From NCBI GenBank assembly GCA_951406725.2, contig OX597821.1, positions 14,694,001-14,758,000 on the forward strand: a stretch of DNA of 64,000 bases, read 5' to 3'. Each line of letters starts with the position of its first letter. Positions within the stretch are counted from its first letter, which is position 1. Below are positions 11,932 through 25,184 of this stretch, piece after piece. The stretch comes from Octopus vulgaris. Its lineage: Eukaryota. Under the pieces are notes generated by a model, which made no database searches, had not been told where the DNA came from, and saw nothing but the letters and a program-made list of their open reading frames with translations. Both the position numbers and the translations under genes were made by a program.

Positions 11932-12340
11932 TTTTACTCTTTTACTTGTTTCAATCATTTGACTGCGGCCATACTGGAGCACCGCCTTAAAAGATGTTAG
12001 TGGAAGAAATCGCCCCCAGGACATTCTTTGTAAGCCTTGTACTTATTCTATTGGTCACTTTTGCCGAACTGGTAAGTTACGGGGACATAAACACACCACC
12101 ATCTGTTGTCAAGCAATGGTGGGGGAAAACACAGAAACACACGCACACACACAAATACACACGCTCGCGCGTGCGCACACTCACACACACAAACACATAC
12201 GATGGGCTTCTTCCAGTTTCCACCTACAAAATCCACTCACAAGGCTTTGGTTGGCCCGAGGTAATAGCAGAAGGCACTTGCCCAAGGTGTCTCGCAGTGG
12301 AACTGAACCCGGAATCATATTGTTGGGTTCTTACCACACA
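11929..12340 (-). mobile_element. SINE family A, moderately diverged
   Basis: CTTTTACTCTTTTACTTGTTTCAATCATTTGACTGCGGCC... through ...GAACTGAACCCGGAA. Confidence 0.88.
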
Positions 12341-12364
12341 ACTACGATACACACACACACATAT

Positions 12365-12807
12365 AAAATACAAAATGGGATAAGAACGCAAAACATCCAG
12401 ACAGTTAGGTGATGCAAAAAAGGGACAACAAAACATCCAGACAGACGATACAAAGAAAACAAGGACGGGTCATTCGGAGTTTTCTTTCCTCAGTCGAGTT
12501 CCAGATTATCTTTGCAATTTCGACTGGTTATACTCGAGATCGCTCCAATCTGATCAGACCCAAGAAAAAACTAAGCTAAGAGCATTAGATTCCTTGGAAG
12601 AAAGCTGCGAATGTATACGAAAACAAGAACGGGAAAAAAACGGAGAAATGTGACACAAATACAAATAACAGGACATAACAACAGGCGTCTTTCGACTAAG
12701 GACGAATTAAATTAAGCTGGCGTGTGTAGAAGTAAAGCCTTACGGCAGGGACATAAGATTTGACAGGCACAGGGAGAAATATAGATGTTGCACGGATGGT
12801 AGTCGAA

Positions 12808-12810
<3 letters not shown>
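12365..12810 (-). mobile_element. Interspersed repeat family G (class unresolved), inserted in CA/TA microsatellite
   Basis: 12365-12530 is the reverse complement of a diverged copy at 19040-19160; both are flanked by microsatellites; strand assignment tentative. Confidence 0.6.
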
Positions 12811-12861
<51 letters not shown>

Positions 12862-14599
12862 TTAATAAGGGTGAGAGAATTAGATACTAATTTAATAGTA
12901 TATTTATTCCACACCAAGTGGCCTATGTTATATATATATATATATATATATATAAGATACTTAGAAAATATTTTCCTTATCGTCGACATTCAATATAAAA
13001 TGTCGACTAGACATATCCTTTCACGAGCAAAATCATTTCCCTAGACAACACATACACACAAATAACTAAAAATATTACAAATGAAAATATAAAAATAAAG
13101 AAAAAACGATTTAACATAAATATGAGTTTACTGGAAGGCTCGTGCCATAACTTAAGGACGACATACCGGTTTCCACACACACACGTTCACAAAATGTTAC
13201 GTTATACAGGGAGATTCATGGCTAGATATGTTCTTGTTGGAAGTGCAAGACTGGAAAAACTATACAGTAACAAAGCCGACTTTCCGGATAACAATGGTCC
13301 GAAGCCTCTTATATTCTACATACTCATTTTCGAACATGGACTTCAAATTCATGTGTCCGTCAGAGTAATTTATTGCGCGGCCCTGTTTCACAGTATCTTA
13401 CACAGTACAGTATTAATAAACTCGGGTGGTTTTTACAAATGTACAGGTACCTGTATTTCATTTAATTATGTAAGTAAATTTCAAATCTGTTTAATCAATA
13501 AGTGATTAGCCCTGGTGCGGAAAAATAGGTAAACCGGAAGGCTTTGGAACCAAAGGTTTCGAAAATTCGATGTTGTATCTATATTACAAGAAACTCTCTC
13601 TCTCTCTGCTAACCATAAGATTTTCTCTACTAACAGGAAGGGAGATTGTTAATGTGCATGTACATCATTAAAACAGGGGGCAGGATCTTTTATGTAGCCG
13701 TCAAAATGAATAGCCGATCTATGTGACAATATTTTGTCTGTTGAACGAAGTACAATATTGATACTGTCTGATTCTTTTCAAGACTGAGGAGACGAAGCCA
13801 AGGCGACAGCTGAAGTATAAAATTCACACCCATCCGTACATTCATACAAGAAATAAAGAACACTGGCTTTTAAACTGGCATGAATATGGATACAACAAAC
13901 AACACAGTTATTTACACATATAACTTCGATACACACATGCATGCAAACTCACAAATCTACTGCCATAGCATCCTTACAATGCCTAAATGGTGCCAACGAA
14001 ATTTTAATTTACCGAGTTGGTTGGCCTAACCTTTTGTGGTATATCTTTTAAACATTCGGTATTCTCCTTGCATTAATACACTATACAAAACACTATCTAT
14101 AATATTTTCTATTAATTTTCTTCACACAACAATTTTGGTCAGAGCCAGCTATCAGTTTTCGGTGATCTATAATCGATTAAGACTCTTGGTATTGCATAAC
14201 ACTTGTAATTTATAGCGCTTAACAACTGGCCTTTCTTTCATCGGAAGACACTTCACGATATTATAAAGCAACCCATTTTTCTTTGATTTACTAATATATA
14301 CATATTTAGAAGATTGTTACGTATATATTAATGGAAGCCTGGACACCAATTTTAATAGCATTTCTTATGTCCACCATAGTGTGGTGACTGTAAAATCGAT
14401 TGGCTTAAATAAAAGGAGTCTGGCCACCGAAACACAAAGATATACACTCACACTGACACAAACACAACATTCACCATTACTTAATGTTAAAGTCGTGAAC
14501 TCTCCATATCAGATCAGGCACAGATCATTAGTGCTAGCAATAATCACACCAGAGACAAATATTCCACGCATGGACGCTACTCTATCGAAGATCAACCTA

Positions 14600-15700
14600 T
14601 TTTCTAAGTAGGTTAACTAAGACCTTTAGAATTAAATACATCGTCTATTGTTTGAAAATGAATACAAATTCACATCTAGTCGTGCTTAGCAATTGTGGTC
14701 GAAATCATATGTTTCTTCCTAATTGCCTTGATCACTGTGCCTCCAATTGTGTTTCCTGTATAAACAAGTTTTCTGCTTGCAGCAAATGATATATGTCTAA
14801 CATGGAGCAGTTATGTTTAATATTATTGATTGTAATAATCAAATTTGCTTAGCAACTTTATGATATCGATTGTGGTAATGTGGTTTGTTTCACACTATTA
14901 TTATTCGTATTGATTTTTTTGGTGATGTCTTCCGAGTAGCTTTGTAGTGTTAATTGTTGGTTGGTATTGACATAGTAACATTATCAGGATATTATCCACG
15001 GTCCGATCCTACTATTAATTGACACCGTGTCATCTTCCCACTTTACCGTGTCTTTGCATCGTCGCCTGTTTGGCATTGTAAAGCAACACATTTTTTCCCT
15101 TTCATGTTGTCTTCTGTTAACCAGCCAAGTAGTGTTGTTAAAATGTTTGCTTCTTAAATTGTCTTTTGCCAACTATTTATGTCTTCATGACATCACATCG
15201 CATACATCAGAACTATCATAATTATGCAATGCATATGTATAATTAGCTATATCACCGCACCGAAATGTTTGTTGGCTTGTCAACACTAGTGAAAGTTCTT
15301 AGCATTGTTGTAGTATCGATTTTGGAACTATTATAAACTGATAACTATAGCCGTAACATTTCGTTGTTGACACGGACATACGTGCTGAACTCATCTACCA
15401 GCATCTGAGTGTTGATTCCTGTTTGTGAGATAATATTCAGTGTCAATACAGTTTAGCTACCTCAACACTATGTCGACAAGAATGTTATATTCTACTTACT
15501 AGTTTGTTGTAACATAATGCTGATTCGCTATGGTGTTGAGTCATTACTCTGGCAACCACTCCTCGATATGAATTATATAGATGTCAACAATTTACTAATA
15601 CTGATCTACAGTTTTGTAGATATAAAAAAAAACATTACCTGAGAACTGTAACATCGATAGTCAATATTTCATAATTAGGTCATAGCATCTCTCTACACTA
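14600..15700 (-). pseudogene. Highly degenerate Penelope-like RT/GIY-YIG remnant
   Basis: Minus-strand fragments in the expected order: LTIDVTVL (RT motif-like, about 15650), FTM..DTVK.EDDT (about 15050), YIICCK / VYTGNT (GIY-YIG-like, about 14770); many stops; by-eye only. Confidence 0.35.
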
Positions 15701-16194
15701 GATTAATTTTCAAATAAATAACTGTATCAATAATTGATTTACTTATTGTACAGAACGAACGGAGAACGTTGACTTTTCACCTGATCAGGGATAACATATC
15801 TAGTGCCGGTGGAAGGAGGGCCATCAAACCAAGGAAACCATGCAAGTATAACGACACACTCGGCAGCATAGTTGACTGGTTTTTCTATATTGTAGTGTGC
15901 GCTGGATCATGAAATCTCATAGCATAAGGTGTGAGGTTGTGAAACGTTTCCAGTTCATACCAACAAGAAATATTAACGAGATAACTATGATGATGATGAT
16001 GATGTATAATAAACAGAGAATTTTTATGGGTTAATTACTATCAGATCAATCTCTATTATAATGTTGTCTTCCGAAGACTTTTCCCACTATCAGCAATGCG
16101 ACTGATATCACCTGTTTTAATTCTAAGAAAATGCTTTGTTCTACATTTAAGTTGATTTAATAGTTTCTCCTCTAAAATATTTGTTACTCTGTAG

Positions 16195-16413
16195 CAGTGC
16201 TTTTCAAACATTTTGCTGGAGCGGAACCCCAATGAAATATTCCACTGGCTCAAGGAACCCCTGTGCAATAATTTAATAGTCTTATGCACACAAATCTGCA
16301 CAGGAGACTTAAAAATCACTGCTGATTTTAGCAGTTTTGTAACTTCTTGCGGAACCCCTGGACTGTACTGACGGAACCTCAAGGTTCCGCGGAACCCTGG
16401 TTGAAAACCACTG
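16195..16413. mobile_element. hAT-type MITE, 219 bp
   Basis: TIRs CAGTGCTTTTCAAAC / GGTTGAAAACCACTG; perfect 8-bp TSD CTCTGTAG at 16187-16194 and 16414-16421; internal GGAACCC subrepeats. Confidence 0.92.
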
Positions 16414-16685
16414 CTCTGTAGGAACAACACCACCTATGAACCCATTTCGGGTGCATTTTCTTTTTCTTTCTTCAAGAAATAGATTTGGCAGTTTGAGAAA
16501 GGTAGTGAGTGATTAACAATACTAGAAGAAAGACGAAGAGAGAGGGGAAGAGGGGGAAAGAGGGAGAAAGAAAAAGAGAGGGAGAGATTGGCAGAGGACA
16601 AAAACGCAAAATGGGAAAGCGGGGGATATAAAGACAGAGAAAAAGAGAGGAAATGCTCCAGGGTAAGTGGGCCATTTGATTTGCT

Positions 16686-16686
<1 letters not shown>

Positions 16687-16760
<74 letters not shown>
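16687..16760. repeat. (GA)n microsatellite
   Basis: Direct inspection. Confidence 0.95.
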
Positions 16761-16769
<9 letters not shown>

Positions 16770-16989
16770 GGAGTACTCGAACATTTCCACATCAAGTATG
16801 TATGCTCGCGTGCACGTTTGTGAGAACTATGTGAGGACACTTTAAATCGATTTTAAGTAAGGCTGGCATCGGTTGCTTTTATATAAAACTGATTAGCTGA
16901 AGTACTAGAGGACAGTTCGGTACAACAATGCCTTGTGATATCTGACTGATTGGTACTTACCCTTCTCAGATCAACCCTTCCATTTATTC

Positions 16990-17063
<74 letters not shown>

Positions 17064-17066
<3 letters not shown>

Positions 17067-17621
17067 GCCCTGATGCAGTACTAGGCAGTGGCTCTCATGG
17101 CTTCTCATCTTAACTGATTGGAAGTGTTATCATGTACATTGTTTTGTCTTGGTATAAAAGATGGGCTACAGCAAATATTCTGCTCAATACCACAGATTTG
17201 CTTGTCAGTTGTTTGACCTTAACCAGTTGAGTATGTCCCTTAGTGGCTGACGATATGTGCATCTCTGATCACGAGCAGAAGTAGTGGGGGAGCATCATAG
17301 CCATGTGTTGAGAGGGATTCTTTGGGGTTTGAATAATTCACCTCTGGAAACATGGGTGGTTCGTTCAACATCCTTAAACAACCCTTATTCAGGGACCTTT
17401 TGAGCAGGATGGGCTACTCAACCTGAAGAAATTTCTAACTGGGCCCCACCTGCAAGGTCATGTACTGTTTATCTTGATATGAGATCACCATGTCGCGCAC
17501 ATATGGTTGCGATGCATGTGCCTGGTGTACCCTTATAAGACGGGTAGTCATGATGGGTATACTGGGCTTCGTATATTTGTACCCCAGTGTCACTTTGATG
17601 GCATGAACTGCTCTCTCACTC
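17064..17621 (+). mobile_element. (AAT)n-inserted element family C, copy 1; possibly the 3' UTR or a non-autonomous derivative of an R4/Dong-type LINE
   Basis: About 560-bp non-coding unit flanked on both sides by (AAT)n; second copy at 5809; R4/Dong assignment inferred only from the target microsatellite. Confidence 0.75.
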
Positions 17622-18107
17622 AATAATAATAATAATAATGATAATAATGAAATTATTGTATACAGTGCTCAGGTGCACCACAACTTGTCAAAAGTGCGTG
17701 GTCGATAAGATAAGTATCAATCAAATATTGTGGTCAATATAATTAAGTAGTTCTATATTTCAGAACGTATGACCTTGAGCCTACCCAGGTTAGAAATCAT
17801 TAATGCTGCAACAGTAGCGAGAACTATGACACTGCAATCAATTGCTAACGGATTGAGTTCGTGACTTGCTTTTGTTTACTGCATGCAATAGGACCAATTA
17901 CAACGTTAATTAATTTCAGAACTAGTTCATCAACCGTCGCTATGCTACCGGATAAAAATATTTCTAAATCATGCATATACCTTCATAAATTGTGCAATTA
18001 ATGTTTAGACTGACTTTCTTTGTGAATATTAGTAACAGCTTGAATACTGTTGAACTGTAACATTTTATTTAGAATATATTTTTTCTTCGTATTCTACAGA
18101 ATAAGTA

Positions 18108-18327
18108 TACTCTTTTATTTGTTTCAGTCATTTGATTGTGGCCATGCTGGAGCACCGCCTTTAATCGTGCAAATCGACCCCAGGACTTATTCTTTGTAAG
18201 CCTTGTACTTATTCTATCGGTCTCTTTTGGCGAACCGCTAAGTGACGGGGATGTAAACACACCAGCATCGGTTGCCAAGCACAGACACACACATACATAC
18301 ATACATACATATATACATACATACATT

Positions 18328-18377
<50 letters not shown>

Positions 18378-18550
18378 TACATAAATACGACGGGCTTCTT
18401 TCAGTTTCCGTCTACCAAATCCACTCACAAGGCTTTGGTCGGTCCGAGGCTATAGTAGAAGACACTTGCCTAAGGTGCCACGCAGTGCGACTGAACCCGG
18501 AACCATGTGGTTGGTAAGCAAGCTACTTACCACACAGCCACTCCTACGCC
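18108..18550 (-). mobile_element. SINE family A, full length
   Basis: Complete reverse-complement copy ending ...CACAGCCACTCCTACGCC. Confidence 0.92.
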
Positions 18551-18564
18551 TAAAAAATGACGAG

Positions 18565-18612
18565 CAACTTAAATCGATTTTCGAACCTTATTGGGTTCTC
18601 ATCAGGGGTGTC
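18565..18612 (-). ncRNA. Minimal hammerhead-ribozyme-like motif (stem I decayed)
   Basis: Minus strand CTGATGA-GAACC-caataa-GGTTC-GAA-AATCGATT: exact core, 5-bp stem II, palindromic stem III. Confidence 0.5.
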
Positions 18613-19039
18613 CACATCACATTGACAATCTCTAGTACATTCAGAATTGCCCGAATGTCTCGTCTTCCTATTTCATCTCATAAAACTGAATTGATGTTTA
18701 GTATACAATTAAACGGGAATGTCACCAATTTTTCCCCCTAAATGTCGTAGTGCAGTGAATTTATAAAATCCTTAGAATAGGAGTTCTTAAAATTTCTGTT
18801 CAAGCCTACCCATTTGTCATGTCTATAGGTGTTGGTATACCGCTTGGGAAGGATCTAGTGTAAAGTGGTTAAATACAACTAAACAGACACTAATGGGTAC
18901 CATTTTAGGGATACCAGGAAACAAATTAAATTATTTATTATTCATTATATTTGAAAGTAAAGACTTCCAAACAAACTATTTCACACACACACAAACATGT
19001 GCGCATGCACGCACGCTGGCACACACACACACACACAAT

Positions 19040-19160
19040 CAGCCGAAATTGCGAGGATGATCCGGTTCTTGACTGAAGATTGAAGGCTTCGAATGTCCTG
19101 TCCGTGCTTTTTGTATCGTCTTCTAAATGTTTTGCGTTCTTGTCCCAGTTTGTATTTTTC
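19040..19160 (+). mobile_element. Interspersed repeat family G, short copy
   Basis: CAGCCGAAATTGC...TTTTGTATCGTC...ATGTTTTGCGTTCTTGTCCCAGTTTGTATTTT matches the reverse complement of 12365-12530. Confidence 0.6.
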
Positions 19161-19811
19161 TACATATAATAATAATAAATAATAATAATAATAATAATAA
19201 TAATATATATATATATGAATGCGTGTGCATCTGTGTGTGCGTGTGCTTTTCAGTTATGGCCCTATATGGACTGATTTCAAAGTTTGCAAAGGGCAACCTT
19301 CAACTTCGATAAAATAACATATCAGTCAAATAATGGGGGACGATTTATGTGAACAGAATTAGAAAAACATTTCCTGAAACAAGTTTTTAGCGTAAAATAA
19401 CACTAAACAAGCATTAACAGTATTACAATGAATGATATATTGTTTAGATTATTTCGCCCACTGGCAAACTGTAGTTTTTAATAGTGTAAGACGGCGAAGA
19501 AGCATAGAGGAAACGAGGAGGTATCGATTATTGACTGCTCAGGGCAGACCACATGGAATGTTCCTATATTTCATGATTGCTTATTGACTGGTACGATGAA
19601 AGCATTTCTTAGATAATTTTGGTATTTAATAGAATATACCCAACATGTGTATGTTCGTATATTTTCTTATTACTTTCTTCCACTTTATCATTCAATCGTT
19701 TTATTCTTCACATATCAAGAGATGTAAATATGTGTGTGTATATATGTGTGTGTGAATGTGCATCATCTGCACATGCACGCGCATACACACATACACATAT
19801 ATATACATGCA

Positions 19812-20046
19812 TCAAGGCGGCGAGCTGGCAGAATCGTTAGCACGCCGGGCGAAATGCGTAGCCGTATTTCGTCTGCTGTTAACGTTCTGGGTTCAAGTGC
19901 CGCCGAGGTCCACTTTGCCTTTCATCCTTTCGGGGTCGATAAATTAAGTACCAGTTACACACTGGGGTCGATGTAATCGACTTAATCCGTTTGTCTGTCC
20001 TTGTTTGTCCTCTTTGTGTTTAGCCCCTTGTGGGTAATAAAGAAAT
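19812..20046 (+). mobile_element. SINE family B, full length, tail type 1
   Basis: AAGGCGGCGAGCTGGCAGAA (A box)...GGTTCAAGTGCC (B box); central GGTC.ACTTTGCCTTTCATCCTTTCGGGGTCGATAAATTAAGTACC; TSD ATATATATACATGCA at 19797-19811 and 20051-20065. Confidence 0.92.
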
Positions 20047-20150
20047 ATATATATATATACATGCAAGAGTACATGTACATCTACTTCTATATACACTTAC
20101 ACATACACACATATGTACGCATGCAAATATACGTATATACCATATATGCG

Positions 20151-20208
<58 letters not shown>

Positions 20209-20315
20209 ATACATATATATATATATATATATATACACATCTACACTCCATAGACATCCTTATAACTTCCTCGCATTGTAAAGGTTTTCTAACATTTAAA
20301 TGTTCTTTAACCCAT

Positions 20316-20392
<77 letters not shown>

Positions 20393-21249
20393 ATACGTAT
20401 GTATGAATATATACACGAACATATGCACCGCATGATTGTTGCACAGGGAGGGTCTAATGAAGGGTTACCAATACCGACGGGTCTATCTTTAACTTAAATT
20501 ACTGATACTGTAGCCACATGCTGCTACTTTGTTTTGTATTTTTTTTTTGTGTTTTGGTATCAATGCAGTATAACAGTTTAGATATTTATTGATGACGAGA
20601 AGGAAAATATTCATTAAATAACTAGAAAATACAATTTAAAGTCAGTTACTAATTCACACCCCTATAATATCATACTGGGTAAATAATAAGATCGAAAAAT
20701 TGAAAAGTTTTCGAAAGTAACTTCTTAATCTTTCAGTATACAATTGCTTTTTAACACTTCTCTATTTTCCCTTCATACATTTCCAGTCTTTTCCAATGAC
20801 CACAAAAATCTAGTCCTTTATTTTAATAATAGAAGACCGACGTTTCTTCGACTTCAGTTATCTTGGTTGTTCGGTGTGGACGCTTCGGGTTTGTAATTAG
20901 GTTTCATGGACGTTGCTTCTTGTAGTTCTGTAATCTAATTTATGAATCTGGCAACTCCATGTAATCATATGCTGCTATGACCTGTTAAAGAGTAACCTAC
21001 TCAACATATCCTATCCGTATCCTACTCAACGTGATCGTTGTACTTGTGGAGTTAATCGATTTTATTGAAGCAGTTCAGATATTCAGGATGCGTAAGGTTT
21101 TACACCCGCACACTTGTTAATGTCTAGAGTCCATTCACTCTGTACATCGTTTTGACCTACTCCTGCTTTTTCCATACTTATTACAAAGTGGCAGACATCA
21201 GCAAATCTGAGATATAAGTTTCAACATTTGACTTTTTGAAGTATGTTCT

Positions 21250-21990
21250 ACGGAGAAACAAGAGAAAGAAATGATTCTTTTTCATACTGCAAAAGATTCT
21301 GCAACATCTGATTTGAAGGAATGGTAATCACAGATGTTCTTGCTGAAGTTATCCTACACTAGGATGTTTCCCAATGTGAGAAGCAACAAAGAAGAGGCAA
21401 AAACATGATGTACTATAGAATGCTCACATTTTCTGGAAGCTCCTCTGAGACTAGGATTACTTTTGCTTTAAAGGTATTAACTGCAATTATAGAATGCTTT
21501 ATGTGGTGTTTTTCTCCATTTGGTTCAGTTGACAGCTTCTCAACTTTTAAACAGAAACCCATATTTTCTCTGGTTATATTTAAGGCTATATTTATAGAAC
21601 AACCTAATTTTAGGGTCACTTGTTTTTCCTTGTATAAGTTAAAGAAAAGGTGAGTGATCATTTGATCGAGTGTATTCTAATCTAATGCAAAGTGGTCAGG
21701 AAATGAGCAACAATTTATGTATTTACTTAGTGACTGTAGATCGGCTCAAGTTTCACAAATACAGATCAGGGTTATTTAGAGATAGATTATATGGAGCAGG
21801 ATTGATAATGCATAATTATCTCGCTGAGACCACAGCAGGACACATGCTTATGTTTCACTCTCTTTCTTGGCAAGTTAAAGCCGTTTTGAAACTGCTGGGT
21901 TTGCCAACTAAAAGCCGAATCTTGCTGTATTTTATTAATTCCTTTCTAAGGTTCACATCTTGTAACAGAGTACTTCCTAGTTATTTGAAA
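21250..21990 (-). pseudogene. Degenerate hAT transposase remnant
   Basis: Minus-strand fragments ELIKYSKIRLL (cf. LL.H..VRWLS), TRENMGFCLK and CCRIFCSMKKN (cf. dimerisation-domain CE..FS.MK), in the expected order. Confidence 0.35.
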
Positions 21991-22127
21991 TGATTTTCCT
22001 CTGTACGTATTTAGAACTTCGCACGGAACCAAGTCTTGGACTCGATGATACAACGCCAGTCTTTTTCCACCATAGGTTGAACATTGTGTGTGTGCGCGCG
22101 CGCATATTTTGTGTGTGTTTATATACA

Positions 22128-23249
22128 CAGGGGTTGGACAAAATAATGGAAACACCTAGCATCATGGCATCATACTTTTGAAATATCTATAAAACTGTCA
22201 AAAGCTTGTTTGTTTTTATGTTTTTTGATTTATTATTAGTGTTGCTTAATATTATTTGCTAAAATTGCTGTTTCTTTTTAGAAATTATCAGAAAAAGGTA
22301 ATTAAAATTCATGAAAATGACAGATGTATCGGACTTTCAAAGAGGTAAAATTGTTGGTGCTCGTATGGCAGGCGCTAGCGTAATGAAAACAGCCGAAATG
22401 TTTGGTTTATTAAGAAGTACCATTTCGAAAGTAATGGCAACCTTTGAGAAAGAGGGAAAAAACCTCCTCGTCGAAACAAAACTCTGGAAGAAAACCAAAA
22501 CTTTCAGATAGTAGATAGGGACTGTCGGGCTCTTACACGAATTGTTAGAAAGGATCACAAAAGTACAGCTCCCAAAATTACTGCAGAGCTTAATGATCAC
22601 CTCGAGAACCCAGTTTCCACAAAAATTGTTTGCCAGAAGCTGTACAAAGCTCGATTTCATGGGAGGGCTGCAAACAAAAAACCACTACTTTCAAAACAAA
22701 CGTTGCAAAGTGTTTAGAATGGAGTAAAAACCTACAGAATTAGTCCCTAGAGGAGTGGAAGAATGTTATTTTCTCGGGTCATCTTTTACTTTATTTCCGA
22801 CCACCGACCGAGTATACGTATGGAGACAGCTAAAAGAAGCATTTGACCAACTGTTAAACATGGAGGAGGATCTGTGATGATTTGGGAAGGGCTATATTTT
22901 GGAAATCTGCCGGCCCAATGGTTTCACTTCATGTCAAAATTAATAGTCTAGACTATTTAAGCATTTTATCTGATCCAATTGATCCTATGGTTGCGGAACT
23001 GCTTCCGGAGGGAAACACAATCTTTCAAGATGAGAATGTACCAATTCTCATCTTGAATGTTGTTACTGAATGGCACTGGAACATTCTAGTGAAATTGAAC
23101 ATCTTATCTGGCCACCACAGTCCCCAGACCTCAATATTATTGAACATTTATGGTGCATTTTGGAAAATGCACCATATTAAAATAATACCCCATATTAAAA
23201 TAAATTTGTTTGAAATTTTAAGGTGTTCCTATTATTTTGTCCACTCCTG
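22128..23249 (+). mobile_element. Tc1-superfamily DNA transposon, about 1.12 kb, defective (probably DD36E-type)
   Basis: TIRs CAGGGGTTGGACAAAATAATGGAAACACCT / AGGTGTTCCTATTATTTTGTCCACTCCTG followed by TA. Confidence 0.9.
22311..23165 (+). pseudogene. Tc1-like transposase pseudogene, multiple frameshifts, C-terminus deleted
   Basis: MTDVSDFQRGKIVGARMAGASV; WKNVIFS; TVKHGGGSVMIW; FQDENVP; WPPQSPDLNIIEHLW, spread across frames. Confidence 0.88.
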
Positions 23250-23294
<45 letters not shown>

Positions 23295-23418
23295 TTATGC
23301 ATATATATGTATGTTTGTGTGCATGTATGTGTGGTTGTGTGTGTTATATACTCATACGCTGACATACACATACACACTAATGTATTTAATGTTAAACCTT
23401 TCAGCGAGTGTTTTAGAA

Positions 23419-23461
<43 letters not shown>

Positions 23462-24458
23462 ACACACACACACTCACCCACCATCTGATGCAGATAGAAT
23501 CTCACTCACATGAGAGCTCGCTTTTACACACAAACAATACTGCAGTAAATTCCCATCGCAGCGTGACACTTCATTTGATCGAAAGCTATTAGTTATATCT
23601 CTTTGACGACAGACAAGGGAGATAATAGTAGTACGTGTAGAAATATATATCTGATAGGAAGTTGAACTACAATAACTCTTCCTCTGAATCGACTGAATAT
23701 ACTCAATTGCTATATGTAAGAGAAATCAACGCAAGAAATCAATGATATACCAGTTGCTGGACAAATAATATCAACCTTCATCATGGCGGATTGGCAGAAT
23801 CGTGAGATTATCGGACAAAATATTTCGCGGTGTTTGTAACAACTTTCTGAGTTCAAACCTTGCCGAGGTCAGCTTTGCCTTTTCGTCTTTTTGGAGTCGG
23901 TAAAATAAGTACCTATCCAAGGTGGTAGACTGGCTGAAATATAAGAATGTTCGACCAGATATTTTGCAGAACTTGTTCCGAGTTGTTGTATTCCGAGTTC
24001 AAATCACACTATGGCCTTCATAGCTAGACGACTTACTTCGCTACGCGATGTAACACAACCACATGACACATCGGGTGTATTCAGTGGAGTCTACTCTGTT
24101 GCAAATATTTGAGCCAGGTTTCTGGTTTTAGGCTACTTTCCTCCCTCTCTCTCATTAGTCTCGGGAGAGCCGTAAAAAGTCGTGGGCGTGGGGACAACCT
24201 TTTCACCTAACTGAAAATCGAGAGGAAATTCTTTTCGTATTCATCCACTCGTACACACACACACGCACACAAAGGCGTAGACATGTGTGTTTTAGTTGGG
24301 CCCTGCAAGATTGGATACCTTGAACAAAGCCATTCATTTTATGTTACTCTACTCTGCTCGGCTGCATTGAAGATAGGACTTTAACAACTCTCTCCTGTCC
24401 ATCTGTTTGTCTCTGTCTCCCGTTGTCCAGCTCCCACATCTTGGATATTCCCTCAGAT

Positions 24459-24803
24459 CAGGGGTTCTCAACCATTTTTTTTTCTATCTATGCACCACTT
24501 TAATTCGGGCCGACCCCCATAACCATTCGATATTTAAGAACTAGTTTTGTAGAAATTTCTTTCAAAATCCCTATTTTGTTTTTTCACACATTCACCTGTG
24601 TAGGTTTTCTCATGTAAAATATGAGAAAATGAAATCTCGCTGTTTCTTACAAGACATACCAACACATATATCGAAAGCAAAATTATTTTAGGGGCCCTTA
24701 AAATACTATTTTGGATACCCAGGTTTTTATTTTGTTGCGTGGATCCCCGCAAAATCTTATATTGACTCCCAGGGGCCATATAGACCTCGGATGAGAACCA
24801 CTG
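24459..24803. mobile_element. hAT-type MITE, older
   Basis: TIRs CAGGGGTTCTCAACC / GGATGAGAACCACTG; TSD not preserved. Confidence 0.7.
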
Positions 24804-25184
24804 TTCTGGGTGAAGCATGAAGGGTCGAGAAATTGTCTATGTCTTTTCGTAATTGCAATTGTAATAAAGCACTGAACATTTTACCAAGCCATACACCCTC
24901 GCGAATGAGTGTTCTCTGTACTATACATACATAACGTGTCGCATCATGCATATGCTTATATTATCATAGACATTATTCGACCGTATAGCTAAATACTAAA
25001 GGGAACAACTGAATACTAAAGAAATATATTGAAGATTATAACTGAATACTAAATGAAAATGTAAACTGGAAATGGAAAAGCAGAAGCAATACTATGCATA
25101 AAATTAGTTCAATTAAATAGTGATTGTTTTTTTATATAAAAAAAAAAGAATTCTCTTGCCAGTACCCTATAAACACCACATACC

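Noticed and set aside
13122-13505. 127-aa ORF in unique sequence as a possible exon
   Set aside because: No recognisable domain in the frames I read and no convincing splice pair; cannot be excluded without RNA-seq
20640-21240. Possible decayed R4-type LINE endonuclease region on the minus strand
   Set aside because: Only vague motif echoes amid many stops; needs a tBLASTn/HMM search
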